From Gemmatimonadales bacterium (GTDB taxonomy: Bacteria > Gemmatimonadota > Gemmatimonadetes > Gemmatimonadales > GWC2-71-9), in NCBI GenBank assembly GCA_039794085.1, contig JBDIWC010000040.1, positions 1 through 37,839 of the forward strand: a stretch of 37,839 nucleotides of DNA, given 5' to 3'. A program made the position numbers and the translations under genes. This document shows, one piece after another, positions 31,710-37,839 of the stretch (positions are counted from its first letter, which is position 1; each line of letters begins with the position of its first letter). The notes beneath the pieces are model-generated. The model saw only the letters and a list, made by a program, of their open reading frames with translations. It was not told where the DNA came from and ran no database searches.

Positions 31710-32275
31710 TGCGTTCGATTGTTCGAGGGCTCCTGTTGCTCACCCTGGTGACGGGAGGAACCGGGTGTGGGTACAACGCCCTGCAGTCCAAGGATGAGAC
31801 GGTCAACCAGGCCGAGAGCCAGATCAAGGTTCAGCTCCAGCGCCGGGCCGATCTGATCCCCAACCTGGTCGAGACCGTGCGGGGGGTGGCGGCCCAGGAA
31901 AGCACGGTGTTCACCGCGCTGGCCGAGGCGCGCAGTCGGCTGAACGGAGCCATTCAGGGGGGCAACCTCGGGGAGATGGCCGAGGCGTATCAAGCCTCGG
32001 CGGCGCCCCTCGGGCGGCTGCTGGCCATCGTGGAGGCCTACCCGGAGCTCAAGTCGAGCGCCAACTTCTCCCAGTTGCAGGATCAGCTGGAGGGGACGGA
32101 GAATCGCATCGCCGTGGCCCGGCAGGACTACAACGGTGCGGTGGCCGACTTCAACACCTTCTCCCGCAAGTTTCCCTACAACCTCACAGCCCGGATCTTC
32201 GGGCTCGCCAAGCCCCGGGAGTATTTCGAACTGACCAGGCCCGAGAGCGCCGAGGTGCCCGCCGTCAAGTTCTGA
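31709..32275 (+). CDS. LemA family protein
   Basis: CGYN, QRRADLIPNLVETV, EAYPELKS, LEGTENRIAVARQDYN, FP. Confidence 0.93.
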   Translation: MRSIVRGLLLLTLVTGGTGCGYNALQSKDETVNQAESQIKVQLQRRADLIPNLVETVRGVAAQESTVFTALAEARSRLNGAIQGGNLGEMAEAYQASAAPLGRLLAIVEAYPELKSSANFSQLQDQLEGTENRIAVARQDYNGAVADFNTFSRKFPYNLTARIFGLAKPREYFELTRPESAEVPAVKF

Positions 32276-32335
32276 CGGGGCCCCTCCGGTTTCTTCCCGT
32301 GATCGTGTATTCTTGCACGATCACGGGGAGAACGC

Positions 32336-34759
32336 ATGCGGACACCATCCTACAGACCAACCTGGCGCGTGCTCACGGTGGCGTTGCTCCTGCTGGCCGT
32401 GGCATGGGCCGCGGGAGATGCCTGGTTCCGGGCGCGCCAGTCCGATCTCCTCCGGACGCGGTCCCTGGCCGAGCTCGCCCCGTACGGATCCGCCCTGGCC
32501 GCCGTGGTGAACACCCGGGTGGCCCTCCTGGCCAGTGTCCGGGCCTTCGCGGAATCCGAGCTCGCGTCCGGCGATGAGGAGTCACTCCTCCGCGACTTTC
32601 CCGCCTTTTCGGCGGCACTGACCCGCGACACCCCCGGCATCCGAGCGGTGCAACTGGTTCGGGACGGACGGATCCTCATCACCACCACTGGGGGCGGCGG
32701 CGCCGGGATTCAGGGGTACAACCTCCTGGAGGATCCGCGGCCGGTGATCGGAGACGATGTGAGGCGCGGACTGAGGACCGACAGCCCCACGATCACCGGA
32801 CCTATCGAATTGATCCAGGGTGGGATCGGAATCATCGCCCGGCAGCGGATCACCGATCCCATCGGAACGCCCTGGGGGCTTGCCGCCCTCGTCCTGGATC
32901 TCCCTCCCATTCTTCAGGAGGCCGGTCTCGACCGGCTCGACAGCACCGGCGCCGCGGTGGCGCTTCGATCGGGGACGGTCGGCGTGTTCTTCGGGGACAG
33001 CTCCCTCTTCACCGTCGGCAGTCCTACCCTCGCGGTTCCTGTGCCCGATGGCGGATGGGTCATGGCCATAAGGTCTGCGGAGGCCCTCGTCAGCGGCCAG
33101 GAACGCACTCGGCTGCTTCTTGGCGCCGGATGGGCCGCCATCCTCCTGCTGGGGGGAGGGGTGATTCTGATGGCGGTCGGCCGACAGCGGGCCCTCGCCC
33201 TCTCGGTGGATGACCGAACCCGCGCCCTCACCGTGACGCTCGATTCCCTGCGGGAACAGGGGGAACAGCTCCGCATGGCCCTGCGTGCCGCAAAGATGGG
33301 GACCTGGGAGTGGCGGGCGGAGACGGACACCCTGCACTGGTCGGAGGAAGCCTCGGACATCTTCGGGTTGCCCCGGGATTCCTGCCTGGGCCGGGAGGAC
33401 TTCTATCGCCTGCTCTCCCCCGCCGACCGGGACACCATCCGGGACGTGGGCCGGGATCTGATCGCGGGCGATGCGCACGAGGGACGGGAGTACAGGATCC
33501 GCCGGCCCGACGGAGAATACCGCTGGCTCTACACCACGGGGGACCTGCACCGGAAGGAGGACGGATCGCCGGAGAGACTGATCGGCATCGTCGCCGACGT
33601 CACGGCCCGGCACGATTTGGAGCTGCAGTTTCAGCATGCCCAGCGCATGGAGGGGTTGGGCCGGTTGGCCGGCGGGATCGCGCACGACTTCAACAACCTT
33701 CTCACGGCGATCATCGGGTACGCCAATCTCGCCGCCTCCGATCTCCCCGAGGGGAGCGCGGCGCGCACCGATCTCGCCAGCATTCTCGAGGCGGCGGGCC
33801 GGGCCGCGGACCTGACCCGCCAGTTGCTCGCCTTTGCCCGGCGCCAGCCTGTCGAACCGAAACTGGTGGACCTGACCGAGAAACTCTCCACGATGGATCG
33901 GCTGCTTCGGAGGGTCCTCGAGGCGGGTGTGGATCTCGTCATCGACACCCCGGGTGGTCCCCTCCCGGTGATGATCGACCCGGCCCAGCTGGAGCAGGTC
34001 ATCATGAACCTTTCGGTCAATGCCCGCGATGCCATGCCCGGGGGGGGACGCCTCACCCTCCGGGCATTCCAGGATCCAGTGCGGGACATTGTCGTGCTCG
34101 AGGTGGAGGACACCGGGTCCGGGATGGATGAAGCGACCCAAGCGCTCATCTTCGAACCGTTCTTCACCACGAAGGGACCGGGGGAGGGGACGGGACTCGG
34201 GCTCCCGATGTGTTACGGAGTCATTCGCCAGGCGGGGGGAACGATCACCGTGCAGAGCCAGCCCGGTGTGGGGACGACATTCCACATCGAGCTCCCCGTG
34301 GCGGTGGCGGACCCGTGCAATCCCCAGACCACCGTCTCGGCGACCGAGGGACCAAAGGGACGGAGCCGGGGCGAGCAGATCCTCGTGATCGAGGATGAGG
34401 ATGCGGTCCGTGCGCTGGTCCAGCGCGCTCTCGTCAAGGAAGGCTATGCGGTGGTGAACAGTACCGGCGGTGACGATTCGGTGGCCACCTTCGAGCGCCT
34501 GCGGGATCGTGTGGATCTGCTCATCAGTGACGTGGTGCTCCCCGGGCCCTCCGGACCGGATCTGGTAGCCCGGTTTCGTTTGGCGCGCCCCGACCTTCGG
34601 GTGCTCTTCATCACCGGATATTCCCGCGTCGCGACGTTGCCGCCGGAGGACGTCACCACCCGGATCCTGCGGAAGCCGTTCACACCGTCCGCTCTCGTGG
34701 ATGCGGTGCAGGAGATGCTCGCGACCGCAGGATGGCCGGCCGCGGAATCGGGAGCGTGA
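32336..34759 (+). CDS. Hybrid sensor kinase: TM-CHASE-TM-PAS-HisKA-HATPase-REC
   Basis: GPIELIQGG (CHASE), MGTWEW/EYRIRRPDG (PAS), AHDFNNLL, NARDAM, DTGSGM, GTGLGL, EDE..SDVVLP..KPF. Confidence 0.92.
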   Translation: MRTPSYRPTWRVLTVALLLLAVAWAAGDAWFRARQSDLLRTRSLAELAPYGSALAAVVNTRVALLASVRAFAESELASGDEESLLRDFPAFSAALTRDTPGIRAVQLVRDGRILITTTGGGGAGIQGYNLLEDPRPVIGDDVRRGLRTDSPTITGPIELIQGGIGIIARQRITDPIGTPWGLAALVLDLPPILQEAGLDRLDSTGAAVALRSGTVGVFFGDSSLFTVGSPTLAVPVPDGGWVMAIRSAEALVSGQERTRLLLGAGWAAILLLGGGVILMAVGRQRALALSVDDRTRALTVTLDSLREQGEQLRMALRAAKMGTWEWRAETDTLHWSEEASDIFGLPRDSCLGREDFYRLLSPADRDTIRDVGRDLIAGDAHEGREYRIRRPDGEYRWLYTTGDLHRKEDGSPERLIGIVADVTARHDLELQFQHAQRMEGLGRLAGGIAHDFNNLLTAIIGYANLAASDLPEGSAARTDLASILEAAGRAADLTRQLLAFARRQPVEPKLVDLTEKLSTMDRLLRRVLEAGVDLVIDTPGGPLPVMIDPAQLEQVIMNLSVNARDAMPGGGRLTLRAFQDPVRDIVVLEVEDTGSGMDEATQALIFEPFFTTKGPGEGTGLGLPMCYGVIRQAGGTITVQSQPGVGTTFHIELPVAVADPCNPQTTVSATEGPKGRSRGEQILVIEDEDAVRALVQRALVKEGYAVVNSTGGDDSVATFERLRDRVDLLISDVVLPGPSGPDLVARFRLARPDLRVLFITGYSRVATLPPEDVTTRILRKPFTPSALVDAVQEMLATAGWPAAESGA

Positions 34760-34810
34760 TCAGGGATCGGCGTTTTTGGCGGTCCCGCGAAATTGTTCCT
34801 CCCGCGGGGA

Positions 34811-35743
34811 TCAGTCCGTGATGACGGGGGGAAGGATGTAGCGGAGGGGGTTGACCGGACGACCGTTGACGTGGACTTCGTAGTGCAGGTGGGGCGCCAC
34901 CGCGAGGCCGGTGCTGCCCACGAGAGCAATGCGCTGGCCGCGCGTGACCCGTTCCCCCTTGCGGACGAGCAGCTTCGAGGCGTGGGCAAATTTGGTCACG
35001 ATCCCATGTCCATGATCGATCGTCACCACGTTGCCGTAGCCCGTGGCCCACCCGGATCCCGTGACCACGCCTGTTGCAGGGGCCTCGATGACGGTCCCCC
35101 GGGGCGCGGTGATGTCAATTCCCTCGTGCGGGCGGGCCACGTTCAGGATCGGGTGGAGCCGGACGGAGGAGAAGTTGCTCGAGAGCCATCCCTGGGTGGG
35201 CATGATCGAAGGGAGGGAGGCCATGCGGTCGGCGTGGGCCTCCAGGCTGTCGGTGGTGACCCGGAAGGAGCGCGCCAGCAAGTTGGCCCGCCGGACCAGG
35301 GCATTCAAATCGACGCGAATTTCACCCGTGCGCCGGGTGAGCACGCTCTCGTCGGTTCGCGAACCCGCCGGAGGAGCCGTGACCGGGCCCCCGATGCCCG
35401 CTCCGCGCACGTCCGCCGGGATCGGATCGAGGTTGGCCAGCACCCGGATCTGGTTGTCCCGGTCCTCCAGCGTGCGCAGGGTGTCCTGCAGTGTGCTCAA
35501 CCGTCCGCTGAGGGCCCCGATCTGGGCCGCGAGCTGGGCGTTCTCCCGTTCAACGGCCTCGGCACGGACGAGATCCGCAGTCCGGGAGACCGTGGCATAA
35601 CCGAGAAGGACCAGCACGATGGCCGTGGCCACGATCGCGGTGACCGCGAGCTTGATGGCCGTTTGGGAGATCTCCAGCACGCGCGACGCGCTGGAGCCCT
35701 CCGGGACGACCACAATAGTCCAACGGCGTCTGGACACAGTCAC
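34811..35743 (-). CDS. M23 family metallopeptidase with TM anchor and coiled coil
   Basis: HEGID, YGNVV, FAH, PHLHYEV. Confidence 0.92.
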   Translation of the reverse strand: MTVSRRRWTIVVVPEGSSASRVLEISQTAIKLAVTAIVATAIVLVLLGYATVSRTADLVRAEAVERENAQLAAQIGALSGRLSTLQDTLRTLEDRDNQIRVLANLDPIPADVRGAGIGGPVTAPPAGSRTDESVLTRRTGEIRVDLNALVRRANLLARSFRVTTDSLEAHADRMASLPSIMPTQGWLSSNFSSVRLHPILNVARPHEGIDITAPRGTVIEAPATGVVTGSGWATGYGNVVTIDHGHGIVTKFAHASKLLVRKGERVTRGQRIALVGSTGLAVAPHLHYEVHVNGRPVNPLRYILPPVITD

Positions 35744-35833
35744 CTTCCTGCGTGATTGGCGGGGACCCGGTGACCTCCGGGATTGCCCACTTTTCGGCAG
35801 GGACCATGCCCGAACCGGGAAAGAGGACGGAGC

Positions 35834-35862
35834 AACCTATTGCACTGTCCAGGGAGTGTCAA
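35834..35862 (-). promoter_or_regulatory. Sigma70-type promoter of the M23 peptidase gene
   Basis: Minus strand TTGACA-17 bp-TAGGTT. Confidence 0.68.
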
Positions 35863-35912
35863 GGATCGCCGGATTATTCGCGTAATCTGTTGAAAAACAA
35901 CGAGTTAATTCG

Positions 35913-37439
35913 CTAACTCCTCATGGGGTCCGGCTTCGGGAAGAGTCCCTCTCCCCGCTGTGTTCGAATCCCCGACAGGGAGGGCGCCTCCAGGGTGGCG
36001 AATTGCGAGGCGTCGAGGGGTGTCTGGAGTCCCAGTTGTCTCCAGAGATCGATCGCCTTGGCGGGGAGAAACGGCGCCACCAGGAGGGCCAGACGGAAGA
36101 GACACCGGGCCAGGGCGGCGAGGACCTGATCGAGGGTTTCCTCCTCTCCGGTCCGGGCCAGCACCCAGGGCGCCTCCTGCACGATGTACTGGTTGGCCCG
36201 GGTGACCAGGCCCCAGGCCGCGTCGGCCCCACCCTGGAGGTCGAGGGCGTCCATGGCGCGGGTGTAGCGAGACACCGCCTCCATCCCGGCCTCGTCAAGC
36301 ACCGTGGAGGACCCCGCGTCCGGGATCACCCCCTCGCGATACTTCTCGATCATGGCGAGGGAGCGGGAGACGAGGTTGCCGAGGCCGTCGGCGAGGTCGG
36401 CCACGTAGCGGTCCTCGAACCGTTCCCAGCTGAAGCTCCCGTCACTGTCCCAGGAGATTTCCCGGAGGAGGAAGTAGCGGAAGACGTCGGGTCCGAAACG
36501 GTCCACCGCCTCGCCCAGATCGAGGCGCACCCCCGCGCTCTTGCTGAAGCGTTCGCCCCCCAGGTACACGAATCCGTGGGCCCAGACCGACTCCGGGAGG
36601 GGGAGACCGGCCGCGAGGAGCATGGCGGGCCAGATGACGCAGTGGAATCGGGAAATGTCCTTCCCGATCACGTGCAGCTGCGCGGGCCAGACGGCTCCCG
36701 ACCCTGGCGCCTTCGTGGCAGTCCAGTAGTTGGGCAGGGCGTCGAACCACACATAGGTCGTCTGGCTCTCGCCGGTGCTGGTGGGACGCGGGAAGGGAAC
36801 GCCCCAGGAAAACCGGGATCGGCTGGCGGACACATCCTCCAGGCCCGATCGCAGCAGGGCGAGGATCTCGTTGCGGCGACTCTCAGGTTGGACGAAACCG
36901 GGGTGATCGTGAAGATGGGCCAGCAGGGCGTCCCGATAGCGGGACAGCCGGAAGAACCAGTTGTATTCCCGAACGATGTCGAGGGTGCGGGTCGGGTGAA
37001 GGGGGCACTTCCCCTCCACGATTTCCGCGTCGGGCTTGTAGGCTTCGCAGCCCACGCAGTAGGGTCCCTCGTACTCCCGCTCGTAGAAATCCTCCGGGTT
37101 CCGTTCGAAGATCCGGGTGATCAACTCCTGGACCCCCGCCTGGTGTTGGGGAGACGTGGTCCGGATGAATTGGTCGTGCGTGATGCCGAGACGCGCCCAC
37201 ATGGCCTCGAACCGGCCGGCGATCCGGTCGACGAACTCCTGGGGGTCGACCCCCAGGGCGGCGGCGGACTGGGCCACCTTGTGGCCGTGCTCGTCCATGC
37301 CGATGAGAAACCAGACGTCGTCCCCCCGCAGGCGGCGGTACCGGGCGATGGCGTCCGCGCCCAGCTTCTCGTAGGCATGTCCCAGGTGCGGGTCGCCATT
37401 GGCGTAGTCGATCGCTGTCGTGAGGTAGAAGCGCGGCAC
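35913..37439 (-). CDS. metG: Methionine--tRNA ligase, short form without C-terminal tRNA-binding appendix
   Basis: FYLTTAIDYANG, HLGH, CVGC..CPLH knuckle, YVWFDAL, GKDI, RFSKS. Confidence 0.96.
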   Translation of the reverse strand: MPRFYLTTAIDYANGDPHLGHAYEKLGADAIARYRRLRGDDVWFLIGMDEHGHKVAQSAAALGVDPQEFVDRIAGRFEAMWARLGITHDQFIRTTSPQHQAGVQELITRIFERNPEDFYEREYEGPYCVGCEAYKPDAEIVEGKCPLHPTRTLDIVREYNWFFRLSRYRDALLAHLHDHPGFVQPESRRNEILALLRSGLEDVSASRSRFSWGVPFPRPTSTGESQTTYVWFDALPNYWTATKAPGSGAVWPAQLHVIGKDISRFHCVIWPAMLLAAGLPLPESVWAHGFVYLGGERFSKSAGVRLDLGEAVDRFGPDVFRYFLLREISWDSDGSFSWERFEDRYVADLADGLGNLVSRSLAMIEKYREGVIPDAGSSTVLDEAGMEAVSRYTRAMDALDLQGGADAAWGLVTRANQYIVQEAPWVLARTGEEETLDQVLAALARCLFRLALLVAPFLPAKAIDLWRQLGLQTPLDASQFATLEAPSLSGIRTQRGEGLFPKPDPMRS

Positions 37440-37839
37440 TCAGGTCTCGCTCGTGGAGGAGGGAGCATTGCCCGGACCCCGTCCCCGGCGGCTCCGGCGT
37501 CGCTTGCGCTTCCGGGACGGTTGCTCGGCTTCCGGGGCCCTCGGGGAGGGAGCCGCGCCTCCGGTGGCCTCCGGAGAGTCGGGCCGGCGATTCCGGGAGC
37601 GGCGGCGGCCCCGGCGTCGCCGGGTGTCGGTGTCGGACTCGGTGGCACCGGGCGACGCCGAGGGACTCGCCGAGCGGGAAGGGGTCGATGGAGACGGGGG
37701 AGGGGGGGGGGGGGGGGGGGGGGCCCCCCCCCCCCCCCCCCCGCGTCCCGCGGCGCGGGGGGGGTCTGCCCGCCCCCCTTCGCCCCCGCGACGCCCCGGA
37801 CGGGCCGCCCGCACCTCCCCTCTCCGCTGTCCTCATACC
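37440..37839 (-). CDS. 3' end of an upstream gene, Arg/Pro-rich disordered tail; truncated by the window edge
   Basis: Stop TGA abuts the metG GTG; RRRRGRRR and RKRKRRRSRR tracts. Identity not determinable here. Confidence 0.45.

Noticed and set aside
37695..37765. Long poly-G followed by poly-C tract as hairpin or G4 element
   Set aside because: It lies near the sequence end and looks like low-quality or homopolymer artifact; needs read support.

Overview
High-GC, gene-dense, mostly housekeeping bacterial chromosome segment. Gene content and order suggest Gemmatimonadota, which is an inference. It encodes an RlmI-type methyltransferase, thiE, a rho-ruvX-mltG-scoA-scoB operon, a site-2 protease with two small coupled ORFs (one a stand-alone HisKA domain), a cation/H+ antiporter, a 7-tRNA cluster, an RpoD-family sigma factor, mlaEFD-NUDIX-AraC and a CLC channel. 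It also carries an F1-only atpAGDC operon with coupled outer-membrane genes, waaA, a CPBP protease, DsbA, a TPM-nucleotidyltransferase-LemA operon, a CHASE/PAS hybrid kinase, an M23 peptidase and metG. No integrase, transposase or CRISPR array was seen. The most unusual signal is non-coding: seven loci of degenerate 7-bp tandem repeats share one polarity (purine/G-rich arm, then pyrimidine/C-rich arm), usually begin at a stop codon or tRNA end, and in one case appear to be translated. Also notable are a Rex/CRP-type palindrome over the -10 of the atp promoter and a recurrent leaderless-promoter layout. All calls come from reading the sequence; no searches were run.
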